From Bacteroidota bacterium (GTDB lineage: Bacteria > Bacteroidota > Ignavibacteria > UBA10030): 64,000 nucleotides of DNA. Below, piece by piece: positions 1-8,835 of this stretch. The position numbers were made by a program, and so were the translations under genes. The notes under the pieces are model-generated. The model saw nothing but the letters and a program-made list of their open reading frames with translations. It ran no database searches and was not told the origin of the DNA. The stretch spans positions 111,144 through 175,143 of the forward strand of contig JALONQ010000004.1 of NCBI GenBank assembly GCA_025454835.1. Reading direction: 5' to 3'. Position 1 is the first letter of the stretch; each line of letters opens with the position of its first letter.

Positions 1-654
1 GACGATCACCATTCCGCACCCGGCGGCGATGGCCGACATGTAGAAGAAGACGGGCAAGAGCGAAGAGTACCACAGCCCATGCAGCTTGTCAGGAACGATC
101 AGATACAGTGAGCCGAGCGAGGACTGGTGGAGCGTTGAGAGCAAGACCCCGAGAATGATGAGCGGGATGCTGATCTTCTTGAGCAACGCGATCGTGCGCG
201 TCAGCTTGAACTTTTCCAACACGACCGGGGCGAACTCGAGCGCCAGCACCGTCGTGTAGAGCATGACGCACCACGCGACCTCGAACATGACCGACCGCGG
301 GTTCCACATGATGATGGCGTGCCAGATCTGGAGCGGCCGGCCCAGGTCGAACATGAGCCCCATGATGACGAGCACGTAGCCGAGGAACGCCGTAAGGATG
401 GTCGGCCGGATGATCGGCTCGAAGCGCTTCAGGTTGAAGATGTAGACGATGGCGGCCAGCGTAAAGCCGCCGGCAGCCAGGCCGACGCCCGTGAGAACGT
501 CGAAGCCGATCCAGAGGCCCCAGGGAAAATCGTCGCTCAGGTTCGTCGAACTGCCGAGGCCCATCGTGAAGCGGATGACGGTCGAGACAAGTCCGGCGGC
601 CAGAATGACCCCGGCCATGATCTTCCAGAATGAGAAGGCGAAGCGGCGTGCCAT
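1..654 (-). CDS. NrfD/PsrC/HybB-like polysulfide-reductase-type integral membrane subunit (C-terminal part beyond window start)
   Basis: I translated the minus strand by hand from 654 downward. It reads MARRFAFSFWKIMAGVILAAGLVSTVIRFTMGLGSSTNLSDDFPWGLWIGFDVLTGVGLAAGGF..., a continuous hydrophobic multi-helix protein typical of the NrfD family. Its ATG at 654 lies 1 codon after the stop of the Fe-S gene (TAA 658-660), suggesting translational coupling. The ORF track misses it because the end is cut by the window edge. Confidence 0.7.
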   Translation of the reverse strand, partial: MARRFAFSFWKIMAGVILAAGLVSTVIRFTMGLGSSTNLSDDFPWGLWIGFDVLTGVGLAAGGFTLAAIVYIFNLKRFEPIIRPTILTAFLGYVLVIMGLMFDLGRPLQIWHAIIMWNPRSVMFEVAWCVMLYTTVLALEFAPVVLEKFKLTRTIALLKKISIPLIILGVLLSTLHQSSLGSLYLIVPDKLHGLWYSSLLPVFFYMSAIAAGCGMVIV

Positions 655-657
655 GGC

Positions 658-1467
658 TTAGATCCTTTCCTCGGCCTGGTGGACAGGTTCAGGTACGTGG
701 TTGCCGCCCTTCGAGGCCGCATGGTTCCCACGCGCTTGTTGCGCCTCGACCTGCTGTACCATGTCGCGGCGGTTGGTGATCCACCAGATGCCGTAGAGCA
801 TGACGCCGCCCACGGCCACCACGGTCGGGATCTTCGACAGCACGTTCCAGGTGAGCTGCGGGAGCGCCGCCTGGGTGAGGTTCGTCTTGAAGCCGAGCTG
901 CTCGAACGGCACGGACGACAGGTACAGCACGGACGTCCCGCCCACTTCCTGCTGGCCGTAGAGCTTCTGTACGTACTTGTCGGGTTCGGCCGCCATACGC
1001 TCGTAGGCGATCCTGATCAGTTCGTCGCGATCGCCGAAGAGCGTGGCGCCGGTCGGGCAGGCCTCGGAACAGGCGGTCGGCAGGCCTTTCGCCAGACGCG
1101 GCGCGCACATGATGCACTTCGAGACCCGGGGGTTGTTGCTCGACCATTCATACCGAGGCACCTGGAACGGGCACGCTTGCATACAGTACCGGCAGCCGAT
1201 GCACTTCGATTCATCGTAGAGCACGGGCCCCTGTTCCGTCTTCGTGAACGCGCCGACCGGGCAGACCGAGACGCACGTCGGGTCCTGGCAGTGCTGGCAC
1301 AGACGCCGCACGAAGGTCCCGTTGTACTCCTCGACCACGGTATACGTCGTGTCGGACAACTTCGGCCCCGGCTCGCCCGGCAGACCATTCTCGGCCTTGC
1401 AGGCTTCCGAGCAGGCGTGGCATCCGATGCACAACGTCATGTCGATCAACATCCCTTTGGATCCCAT
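658..1467 (-). CDS. 4Fe-4S ferredoxin-type iron-sulfur subunit of a membrane oxidoreductase (HybA/NrfC/PsrB/TtrB family) with C-terminal transmembrane helix
   Basis: Four Cys clusters are present (CIGCHACSEAC, CQHCQDPTCVSVCP, CIGCRYCMQACP, CIMC...CSEACP). There is a C-terminal hydrophobic helix (IPTVVAVGGVMLYGIWWI) and no signal peptide. An NrfD-like gene follows directly downstream. Confidence 0.85.
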   Translation of the reverse strand: MGSKGMLIDMTLCIGCHACSEACKAENGLPGEPGPKLSDTTYTVVEEYNGTFVRRLCQHCQDPTCVSVCPVGAFTKTEQGPVLYDESKCIGCRYCMQACPFQVPRYEWSSNNPRVSKCIMCAPRLAKGLPTACSEACPTGATLFGDRDELIRIAYERMAAEPDKYVQKLYGQQEVGGTSVLYLSSVPFEQLGFKTNLTQAALPQLTWNVLSKIPTVVAVGGVMLYGIWWITNRRDMVQQVEAQQARGNHAASKGGNHVPEPVHQAEERI

Positions 1468-1489
1468 ACGACAGCTCCTCTTCGTCAGT

Positions 1490-2164
1490 TCAGGCTTCGG
1501 TCAGGAATTCGGTTTCGAACTTCTTCCACACTTCGGCCGGAGCCGCATCGATCAGGCCCGCGACGGGAACGCCGCCGTCCTGCAGGAGAGCCGGGGAGAG
1601 ACCCTGCGCGCCGTTCACGCCGGCCAGCAGGTCGCGGAGGCGCGCAAATTCGTTGCGCACCCACTGGTGCGTCTCTTCGCCAAGCAACAGCCCACGGATC
1701 TGCGAAGTTTTGTCGGGTTGGATCGTGTAGGCCCAGCCTTCGCTGAACAACAGGTCCTTCATCTTCTCCGGATGCTCGGTCAGCGACTGATTAGCGGACA
1801 GCACAATGCCGCTCAGCGGCGCACGCACGGTCAGCGTGCGATCCCCTTCTTGCAGGCGCAAAATGGGCTCGCCCCGCTGCACATGGTCGCCCTGCTTCTT
1901 GAGATAGAGAACGGAGGGCGTGGCGAGGAGGCGCGTCACAAAATCATCGACCCCCAGGCGAACCTTGCCCGACGGGAAGAGGTTGACCCACGTATGCGTC
2001 TTGGCGAAGAAGATCCCATCGGGGATGCGGACCGGCAGAGCCGGAACCGCCGCGGGTGACGAGGGAACCGCTGCGGGCGAGGTGCTGCGAGCGCGAACCC
2101 GACGAACCACATAGTCCATTCCGATAAAGAAGAGGATGGTGGCAACAACGAGTAGAACAGTCAT
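1490..2164 (-). CDS. membrane-anchored glycine-cleavage-H (GcvH)-like domain protein lacking the lipoyl-lysine
   Basis: It has an N-terminal TM helix (MTVLLVVATILFFIGM). Residues 50-150 align with the GcvH fold (FAKTHTWV..GKVRLGVDDFVTRLL...ILRLQEGDRTLTVRAPLSGIVLSAN vs E. coli HEWLR..[40 protein letters not shown]). The lipoyl-Lys position is replaced (QEGDRT). It is the first gene of the Fe-S/NrfD operon. Confidence 0.55.
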   Translation of the reverse strand: MTVLLVVATILFFIGMDYVVRRVRARSTSPAAVPSSPAAVPALPVRIPDGIFFAKTHTWVNLFPSGKVRLGVDDFVTRLLATPSVLYLKKQGDHVQRGEPILRLQEGDRTLTVRAPLSGIVLSANQSLTEHPEKMKDLLFSEGWAYTIQPDKTSQIRGLLLGEETHQWVRNEFARLRDLLAGVNGAQGLSPALLQDGGVPVAGLIDAAPAEVWKKFETEFLTEA

Positions 2165-2392
2165 GGCAATCTCCTTTGAGCTATGATGTCAAGCCTCTAA
2201 GCAGAGGCTACCCGCCATTTGGCCACGTCCGCATACTGTGCTAGCACGTGGCAAGCAGGCGGTTCATACTATTGGAAGAATTGTGCCAGACCGTGTTCGC
2301 GCTTCAGGCATAAACGCGCCCATAACCTATTCATTAAATTGAAGTTGCGACTCTCGAATTTGGGTCGTCGGAAGTCGCAACAGGCAACTGTT

Positions 2393-2428
2393 GAAAAAAA
2401 CAACACCGCCCCGAGAGGCGGTGTTGGA
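2393..2428 (-). terminator. rho-independent terminator downstream of maeB (minus strand)
   Basis: On the plus strand there is an A7 run followed by the perfect hairpin caacaccgcc-ccgagag-ggcggtgttg. On the minus strand this reads as a GC-rich stem-loop followed by a U-tract, about 80 nt past the maeB stop. Confidence 0.55.
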
Positions 2429-2508
2429 TAATTGTACAATGCGTTGTGTAGCAGTCGGTTACTGATGTGTAAGGAATCTTCACACCAACCGTTGAATTCT
2501 TCAACGCT

Positions 2509-4815
2509 TCAGACTGACGCGGTTGCCTTCTTCGACCCGGTGAAACGTCGAGCAGCACCATTTCCACCTTCAGCCTGGGCTCCGAAGACCGCCATCGCAG
2601 CCATGTTGACGATGTCATTCACTTCGATGCCCGGGGCCATCAGATAGACCGGCTTGCGGATACCCATGAGAATCGGTCCGATGGCCGTCGCACCACCCGC
2701 CTTGCTCAGCAGCTTGTAGGCGATGTTCGCCGACGTCAGATCGGGGCAGATGAGCACGTTGGCGGGCTCGCTGAGCTTCGAGAACGGATAGTGTTCCGAC
2801 ATGATCTCGCGGCTCATGGCCGTATCGGCCATCATCTCGCCATCGACGATGAGCTTCGGGTCGCGCTGATGCACGATCTCGGTCGCCTTGCGCACCTTTT
2901 CGGTGAGCGGATGCGGCGTGCTGCCGAAATTGCTGAACGAGAGCATGGCGATCCGCGGTTCGATATCGAGCTTTCGCACCGCGCGCGCCGACAGCACAGC
3001 GATCTCAGCCAGCGTCTCGGCATCGGGCTCGATATTCACCGTCGCGTCGGCGATGAACAGCGTCTGATCGCGGAACACCAGCATATACAGGCCCGCAACG
3101 CGACGCACGCCGGGCTCCGTGCCGATGATCTGCAGCGCCGGCTTGACGGTGGCCGGATAGTGCTGCGTCAGGCCGGAGATAAGCCCGTCCGCATCCTCCA
3201 TGTCCACCATCATCATGCCGAAGATGTTGTGCGTCTTCACCTGCCGCTCGGCGTCGACACGGGTCATGCCCTTGCGCTGCCGCTTGGCATAGTACGCCGT
3301 CACGTATTCATCGAATCGGGGTGACTTGCCGGGGTTGATGATCTGCGTATCGCCCAAGTCGAGTCCCAGATCGCTGATCCGCTGCCGGATGAATGTGCGG
3401 CTGCCAAGAAGGATCGGATGGGCGATCTTCTCGTCCACCAGCATCTGCGCCGCGCGAAGGATACGGTCCTCTTCGCCCTCCGGGAAGACGATCCGCTTCG
3501 GGTCCGATTGCGCCTTGTGAATGAAGAAGCGCATGACCTCGCGCGAACGACCAAGACGAGCCTCGAGGGAGTCACGATAGGCCTCGAAATCCTTGATCGG
3601 CTGCTTCGCGACGCCCGTTTCCATGGCCGCTTTGGCCACGGCCGGGGCGACCCACAGCAGCACGCGAGGGTCGAACGGCTTCGGAATGATGTATTCGCGT
3701 CCGAATTCGATGTGCTTGCCGCCGTAGGCGCGCACGACCGAATCGGGCACGTCTTCCTTCGCCAGCTTCGACAGGGCCATCGTAGCGGCGATCTTCATCT
3801 CGTCGTTGATCGCGGTCGCGCGGCAGTCGAGCGCACCGCGGAAAATGAACGGGAAACCGAGAACGTTGTTCACCTGGTTCGGAAAATCAGACCGCCCCGT
3901 TGCCATGATGATGTCACTGCGCGCTGCCAACGCATCGTCGTACGTGATCTCGGGGTCCGGGTTGGCCATGGCAAACACGATCGGCTTGTCGGCCATCGAG
4001 CGCACCATGTCTTGCGACAGAATGTCCTTGACGGAGACGCCGCAGAATACGTCGGCACCTTTCATCGCTTCGGCCAACGTACGGGCTTTCGCATCTGTGG
4101 CGAAGTGCTCCTTGTAGGGGTTCATTCCCTCGGTGCGCCCCTTGTACACTACTCCTTTCGTGTCGACCAGAAGCATGTTCTCTCGCTTGACGCCCAGCTT
4201 TTCGTAAAGCTTGGCGCATGCGATGCCGGCCGCCCCGGCACCACTGAAGACCACCTTCACTTCGGCGATCTTCTTGCCGACGACCTCGAGGGCATTGAGA
4301 AGCGCCGCGCCGCTGATAATGGCCGTGCCGTGTTGGTCGTCATGGAAGACGGGGATCTTCATCGTCTTCTTCAAGGTCTCCTCGATGTAGAAACACTCCG
4401 GAGCCTTGATGTCCTCAAGGTTGATGCCGCCGAACGTCGGTTCGAGCAACTGGCAGGCCTTGATCACTTCGTCGGCGTTGTGCGTGTCGAGCTCGATGTC
4501 AAACACATCGACGTCGGCAAATCTCTTGAACAGCACTCCCTTCCCCTCCATGACCGGTTTGCCGGCCAACGCGCCAATGTCGCCCAGCCCGAGCACGGCG
4601 GTCCCGTTGGAGATCACAGCAACCAGATTTCCCTTGGCCGTGTACCGGTAGGCGTCTTCAGGATTCGCCTCGATCTCGCGGCACGGTTCCGCAACCCCCG
4701 GAGTATACGCGAGCGACAGGTCTCTCTGCGTGGCGCAGGGCTTGCTGGGAATGACTTCGATCTTGCCACGCCGTCCCTGGGAGTGGTAGTCGAGGGCTTC
4801 TTGTTTGCGGATCAT
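2509..4815 (-). CDS. maeB: NADP-dependent malic enzyme with C-terminal phosphate-acetyltransferase-like domain
   Basis: The malic-enzyme N-terminal half is collinear with E. coli MaeB ([29 protein letters not shown]...[28 protein letters not shown]...[33 protein letters not shown]) and a PTA-like C-terminal half follows. The start is taken at the internal Met ([11 protein letters not shown]) at 4815. The longer 4866 start overlaps a repeat element. Confidence 0.9.
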   Translation of the reverse strand: MIRKQEALDYHSQGRRGKIEVIPSKPCATQRDLSLAYTPGVAEPCREIEANPEDAYRYTAKGNLVAVISNGTAVLGLGDIGALAGKPVMEGKGVLFKRFADVDVFDIELDTHNADEVIKACQLLEPTFGGINLEDIKAPECFYIEETLKKTMKIPVFHDDQHGTAIISGAALLNALEVVGKKIAEVKVVFSGAGAAGIACAKLYEKLGVKRENMLLVDTKGVVYKGRTEGMNPYKEHFATDAKARTLAEAMKGADVFCGVSVKDILSQDMVRSMADKPIVFAMANPDPEITYDDALAARSDIIMATGRSDFPNQVNNVLGFPFIFRGALDCRATAINDEMKIAATMALSKLAKEDVPDSVVRAYGGKHIEFGREYIIPKPFDPRVLLWVAPAVAKAAMETGVAKQPIKDFEAYRDSLEARLGRSREVMRFFIHKAQSDPKRIVFPEGEEDRILRAAQMLVDEKIAHPILLGSRTFIRQRISDLGLDLGDTQIINPGKSPRFDEYVTAYYAKRQRKGMTRVDAERQVKTHNIFGMMMVDMEDADGLISGLTQHYPATVKPALQIIGTEPGVRRVAGLYMLVFRDQTLFIADATVNIEPDAETLAEIAVLSARAVRKLDIEPRIAMLSFSNFGSTPHPLTEKVRKATEIVHQRDPKLIVDGEMMADTAMSREIMSEHYPFSKLSEPANVLICPDLTSANIAYKLLSKAGGATAIGPILMGIRKPVYLMAPGIEVNDIVNMAAMAVFGAQAEGGNGAARRFTGSKKATASV

Positions 4816-4837
4816 GGGAGTAACCTTCTTGTTGGAG

Positions 4838-4950
4838 AAGATGGCACGCAGAGTCGCAGAGACCACAAAGGTTGCAGAGAAGAGAGAGTGCCAACCCTTC
4901 CATCTCCGCTAGCTTCGCGGCCTCTGCGTTTCTGCGTGAGACGCGTCTAT
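4838..4950. repeat. palindromic intergenic repeat element, CGCAGAG subfamily, in the maeB 5' leader
   Basis: The sequence is ggcacgcagagtcgcagagaccacaaaggttgcagagaagagagag...ccatctccgc...cctctgcgtttctgcgtgagacgcg. It has the same architecture as the copy at 19378-19492 (cacgcagcgacgcagagaccgcagcgatcgcagagaagagata...ccatctttcctctgcgtccactgcgtctctgcgag). Confidence 0.55.
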
Positions 4951-5188
4951 CTGGGCGACTATGGAACGTGCAATGTCCATGCCATTTTGACCCGCCGAAT
5001 CCTCTGGAATTCGACAGAATTGATGCCTGCGAACATGCACTTTCCGATAATCGCGAGTGCAGTTATGGGAGAGGAGAAAGGAGACTGAAGAAAGGTGAGA
5101 GGTGAAAGGCAATAGAACGAGGGAGATCGATTCCCAAGAATGATGCTCCTTCGCCGAGGGCGGGGGCAATGTGAGACTGAGCCTTGGA

Positions 5189-5713
5189 TCAGGCCGAGGT
5201 TGTCGCTTCAGGCTCGGCCTTCAACTTCCCGCCGCGCACGGTGGCTCCAACGACCAGACCGGCGCTGATGAGGACCAAGTTCTTGATGATATACTGCCCC
5301 TCCAGCGTCGGAGCATACGGGAGGCGCGTGAAAGCATCAGCCGGGAACAGGACGAGCGGGGTCAGCGTGCCCAGCATCTGCAGGAAGAGAAGGAACAGAA
5401 TAGCGCGTAGGTAGACGCCGAAGATCAATCCGATGCCGATGACCGTCTCCCACGTCGCCAGCAGGTAGATCGAGACGCCGGGTGTGACGATGTCGAACGT
5501 CAGGAGCCTGATCGTCTCCGTCGCCAGTCCTTGGGCAGGACTGAGTCCCGGAAAGAACTTCAGAAAGCCGAACCAGAAGAACGTGATGCCCAGGCTGATG
5601 CGGAGAAGCACGATGCCGTAGCGGGCCATCCATTCTGTAATGGCGCGGTCGAGGCGGTCGAAGGATCGGTGGTGGCTTGACATGGGCCCGATGGTCGTTT
5701 GGTGGGTTCTCAC
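5189..5713 (-). CDS. small integral membrane protein (DoxX/DUF417-like)
   Basis: Three to four hydrophobic helices are visible (GIVLLRISLGITFFWFGFLKFF; IYLLATWETVIGIGLIFG; LFLLFLQMLGTLTPLVLF; LVLISAGLVVGA). It sits directly downstream of the homocysteine methyltransferase gene with a 5-nt gap. Family assignment is tentative. Confidence 0.45.
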   Translation of the reverse strand: MRTHQTTIGPMSSHHRSFDRLDRAITEWMARYGIVLLRISLGITFFWFGFLKFFPGLSPAQGLATETIRLLTFDIVTPGVSIYLLATWETVIGIGLIFGVYLRAILFLLFLQMLGTLTPLVLFPADAFTRLPYAPTLEGQYIIKNLVLISAGLVVGATVRGGKLKAEPEATTSA

Positions 5714-5717
5714 ATCA

Positions 5718-6653
5718 TCATGGCTGCAACCGTGCTGCGGCCGCCGCGATATGCTCCGGTTCCGCCCCGCAACAGCCTCCCAGCAACTTCACCCCCATCC
5801 CATGCAACTCCGCCAGGAACGCCCCGAAGCTCTCGGGCGATTCCGGATACACGGGACCGTTCGCTCCACCTCGCGGAATGCCAGCGTTTGGCTGGATCAG
5901 GACAGGGACCGATGAAGCGGCCACGAATTCTTTCGCCACCTGCCGCATCGTATCGAACCCCGACCCGCAGTTCGACCCGACGATCTGTGCCCCGGCGGCG
6001 ACCAACTCTCTGGCCGCTTTGGTTGGCGAGACGCCGAACGCCGTGCGCGGACCGTGGGGGGTCGGTTCAAAGGTCATCGTCGCCCCGACGATGTCGAATC
6101 CGATCGCGTGCGCGCATTCGAGGGCCAGCTGAGCTTCTTCGAGCGACATCATCGTTTCGATGAGCAGCACGCGCACTCCGGCTTCGCGCATCGTGCGATA
6201 CGGCTCGGTGAATGCCGCACGCGCGTCTTCCGCAGAAAGCTCGCCGTACGGCTCGATGAGCTCGCCCAACGGTCCGGCGGAGCCGGCAATGATCGCACGG
6301 TGCCCCGCCGCTTCCGTCGCCAACCGGACCGCCGCTCGGATGTTGTCCGATATCTTCCCTTTCACCTCCGCCGACTGGAACCTGCGCACATTCGCGCCAA
6401 ACGTGTTGGTCTCGATCACCAAGGAGCCGGCGGCCACGAACTCACTGTGGAGGGTCCGCACGTCGTCCGGTCGGCTCACGTTCCACCCCTCGGGCGCCGA
6501 ACCTGGTTCGAGGCCCCGATGTTGCAGGCACGCACCGAAGCCGCCGTCGAACAGGACGGGGCGGGTGGGGGCGAGAAGTGACGCGGGGGAGAGCATCAGG
6601 GAGATTCGATTGTCGTTCGTGGAATGTGGGTTTTCGATTGCCGAAGAGATCAA
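5718..6653 (-). CDS. homocysteine S-methyltransferase (Hcy-binding) domain protein (MetH N-terminal module / BHMT / MmuM family)
   Basis: It contains the S-methyl_trans domain motifs (PVLFDGGFGACL...LVIETNTFGAN, GSNCGSG, LLGGCCGAEPEHIAAAA), with the Zn-binding Cys in GCCG. The ATG at 6653 overlaps the corrinoid-gene stop as ATGA. An alternative start at 6596 (MLSPASL) is possible. Confidence 0.8.
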   Translation of the reverse strand: MISSAIENPHSTNDNRISLMLSPASLLAPTRPVLFDGGFGACLQHRGLEPGSAPEGWNVSRPDDVRTLHSEFVAAGSLVIETNTFGANVRRFQSAEVKGKISDNIRAAVRLATEAAGHRAIIAGSAGPLGELIEPYGELSAEDARAAFTEPYRTMREAGVRVLLIETMMSLEEAQLALECAHAIGFDIVGATMTFEPTPHGPRTAFGVSPTKAARELVAAGAQIVGSNCGSGFDTMRQVAKEFVAASSVPVLIQPNAGIPRGGANGPVYPESPESFGAFLAELHGMGVKLLGGCCGAEPEHIAAAAARLQP

Positions 6654-7285
6654 GATGAGCGGCCGGCGAGGAGTCGTTCCACCAGTTCCACCGCTTCCGC
6701 TGCGGTTCGAGCGCTCCCGGCGGCGCCGATCTCGGAGGCGAATGACGCGCTGACGGGGGCGCCTCCGACGATGACCGGCACCCGTTCTTCGGCCGTTCTC
6801 AGCGCGTCGATGACCGTCTTCATGTAGGTCATCGTCGTCGTCAGCAGGGCCGACAGGCCCACGACATCCGGCCGATGCTCTCGCACCGCCTGAAGAAACC
6901 TCTCGGCGTTGCAGCCTGTGCCGATGTCGATGACCTTGAATCCCGCCCCTCGGAGCATCACGCCGACCAGGTTCTTGCCGATGTCATGGACGTCTCCTTT
7001 CACCGTCCCCAGGAGAACGCTCCCTTTGGGTACGTATGAGGTGGCGGCCAGCAGGGGATCGAGGACCGCCATGGCGGATTTCATGGCGCGCGCCGCTACG
7101 AGCACTTCGGGCAGATAGATCTCCCCCTCGCGAAACCGCTTGCCGACAGCCTGCATGGCAGGGAGCAACCCGAGGTCGAGGACCTGCGTCGGCTTGGCGC
7201 CCGCCTGGACGGCCTTCCCGGTCAGCTCGGCGGTCGCAACATGGTCGCCCCGGATGAGGGCTTGCTGAAGGTCAGTGAAGTCCAT
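6650..7285 (-). CDS. corrinoid (cobalamin)-binding protein, MtaC/MetH B12-binding module type
   Basis: A B12-binding_2 cap (MDFTDLQQALIRGDHVATAELTGKAV) is followed by a Rossmann-like domain with the D-x-H-x-x-G motif (GDVHDIGKN) and GGAPVS. The start is set at the internal ATG (7285). The upstream ORF extension is Arg/Pro-rich. Confidence 0.8.
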   Translation of the reverse strand: MDFTDLQQALIRGDHVATAELTGKAVQAGAKPTQVLDLGLLPAMQAVGKRFREGEIYLPEVLVAARAMKSAMAVLDPLLAATSYVPKGSVLLGTVKGDVHDIGKNLVGVMLRGAGFKVIDIGTGCNAERFLQAVREHRPDVVGLSALLTTTMTYMKTVIDALRTAEERVPVIVGGAPVSASFASEIGAAGSARTAAEAVELVERLLAGRSS

Positions 7286-7487
7286 TGACTCTCTTGAGAA
7301 AAGCGGTGCACGAACCTGCCCGCCCCCGAGATCTCCATGAGGCAGGCGGGGTTCCACAAAGGGACGACGAAGTTGCACGAAGGAGTTGAATGAGGGTCAC
7401 GACCATTCTCTTCGTGGACAAGATCCTCATCAGGATTTGATCGTCGCTTTGCGCCGTTGTGGAGGGGCCTCCGGCTGTGTTCCGCTT

Positions 7488-8600
7488 TCAGCCCTGTTCT
7501 TCAACGATCTGACGGAGCATCATGATCCTCTCCGGCCTCACCGCCGGGGCGATCGAGCAGGCGGTTGACAAAATGAACCGTCCGTAGGCCTTGCCCAGCC
7601 GCAGCCGAGCCGCCGCGTCCTGCGCCACCAGATCATCGGTCCCTAGCAACAACGCATGCACCGAATCTACGTTCCCTTTGACGAACATCCGGCCTCCCAG
7701 AACTTCGAACGCTTCGGGCAGCTCAGCGGTCCCCAGCGGCGGCGGGTCGAGGCATTCCAGTCCGCGAGCACCCGAGCGCGCCATCAGGTCCAGCCGGTCG
7801 CTGATCGCCCCGCACGTGTGCAGATACGCCGGCTTCCCGCTCTGCTGGATCGCCTCGACCACCAGCCGCTCGTAGGGCAGAACGAACCGTTCGTAATGGC
7901 CGCGCGACAGGAATCCCGCGCCGGCGAAGGGCGACGAGACCTTGATGGCGTCGATGTCCTCGCACACCATTGCGGAGGCGATCTCGGCCACGCCGTCGGC
8001 GAAATTAGAGAGCCACGCTTCAGCGCGCTCCGGATCATCGATGAGGAGCATCAATGCGGCTTCGTGGCCGAGCGCATCCAGCAGATAGTCGAACGGAGAG
8101 GTCACCTCACCATGCACTGAGACGTCCGGACCTGCAAGCGAGCGGACTTGCCGAAATACATCGAACCGATGCGACGGATGGATATCGAAATGGAGGCCTT
8201 GGCTTACAGGAATATACGACAACGGCCGCGGGACCTGCTCGGGATCGCTTGAAGGGGGCGGCAGATCGGACAAGAGCTCCGGCAAGTCGTCAGGACGATA
8301 GAGCAGACGTCGACCGTCCTTCCATGTCGCCACCTCCCCTTCCGGGCTTTGCTCACGACGAACGAGAGCGTCCATCCAACGGGGCTCATGGCCATGCAGA
8401 CTGACGAGGATCCCGTCGAATCCGTAGCGGGCCCGAAGATCGACGAGACCGCGGGCGTAGACATCGACATCATGCCAGAAGTCGACAGGTGCCACAGGCA
8501 ACTGCCGAAGCATGTGCCCGATGCTCATCTGGCACATGAACGGAACGCGGTCATGATGCAAGCCATGCATCGCGGCGTGCAGGCGTTGGCGTGGAGTCAT
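7488..8600 (-). CDS. URO-D/MtaA-family methylcobamide methyltransferase
   Basis: It has uroporphyrinogen-decarboxylase-like TIM barrel features (MTPRQRLHAAMHGLHHDRVPFMCQMS...YLHTCGAIS...LECLDPPPLG). The start is taken at the internal Met at 8600. The upstream extension is a Cys/Leu low-complexity artefact. Confidence 0.7.
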   Translation of the reverse strand: MTPRQRLHAAMHGLHHDRVPFMCQMSIGHMLRQLPVAPVDFWHDVDVYARGLVDLRARYGFDGILVSLHGHEPRWMDALVRREQSPEGEVATWKDGRRLLYRPDDLPELLSDLPPPSSDPEQVPRPLSYIPVSQGLHFDIHPSHRFDVFRQVRSLAGPDVSVHGEVTSPFDYLLDALGHEAALMLLIDDPERAEAWLSNFADGVAEIASAMVCEDIDAIKVSSPFAGAGFLSRGHYERFVLPYERLVVEAIQQSGKPAYLHTCGAISDRLDLMARSGARGLECLDPPPLGTAELPEAFEVLGGRMFVKGNVDSVHALLLGTDDLVAQDAAARLRLGKAYGRFILSTACSIAPAVRPERIMMLRQIVEEQG

Positions 8601-8644
8601 GGCGCTTCTGGCAAGGAATGGACACAAAAGGCACAAAAAACAGC

Positions 8645-8692
8645 AGAAGCACAAGAGCTTTGTGACCTCTGTGCTTCCTCGTGGCAAGGGTC
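8645..8692 (-). terminator. hairpin plus U-tract between DHOD-like and MtaA-like genes (terminator or attenuator)
   Basis: The minus strand reads gaagcacagaggtcacaaagctcttgtgcttc tgctgttttttgtg, an imperfect 11-bp stem followed by T6. This lies about 45 nt upstream of the MtaA-like start and about 150 nt past the DHOD-like stop. Confidence 0.4.
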
Positions 8693-8835
8693 CATCCGTG
8701 AACCTCGCGTCAGAAAACAACGATCCGGAAGTTCTTCCAGAGCATTCTCTGGAATTCCTTCCGGATCTCTTGCCGAACTCATACGCTCCCTGACCTCGTC
8801 ACTCCCCTTTCTGCTCCATTGACCTTCGCTCGGAA

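Noticed and set aside
679-1746. 355-aa plus-strand ORF overlapping the Fe-S subunit and GcvH-like genes
   Set aside because: It is antisense to two well-supported genes. The composition is Arg/Ala/Pro/Gly-rich (RRERRRPAGEPGRDPARRSRRPAGRGG), typical of spurious ORFs in high-GC DNA.
3418-5088. 556-aa plus-strand ORF antisense to maeB
   Set aside because: It lies wholly within the maeB coding region on the opposite strand. The sequence is low-complexity and R/L/V/G-rich with no recognisable domain.
8601-8835. Cobalamin riboswitch upstream of the corrinoid methyltransferase genes
   Set aside because: I looked for the B12-box (GCCACTG) and the usual cobalamin aptamer features in the leader on the minus strand and did not find them. 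Only a terminator-like hairpin with a U-tract is evident.
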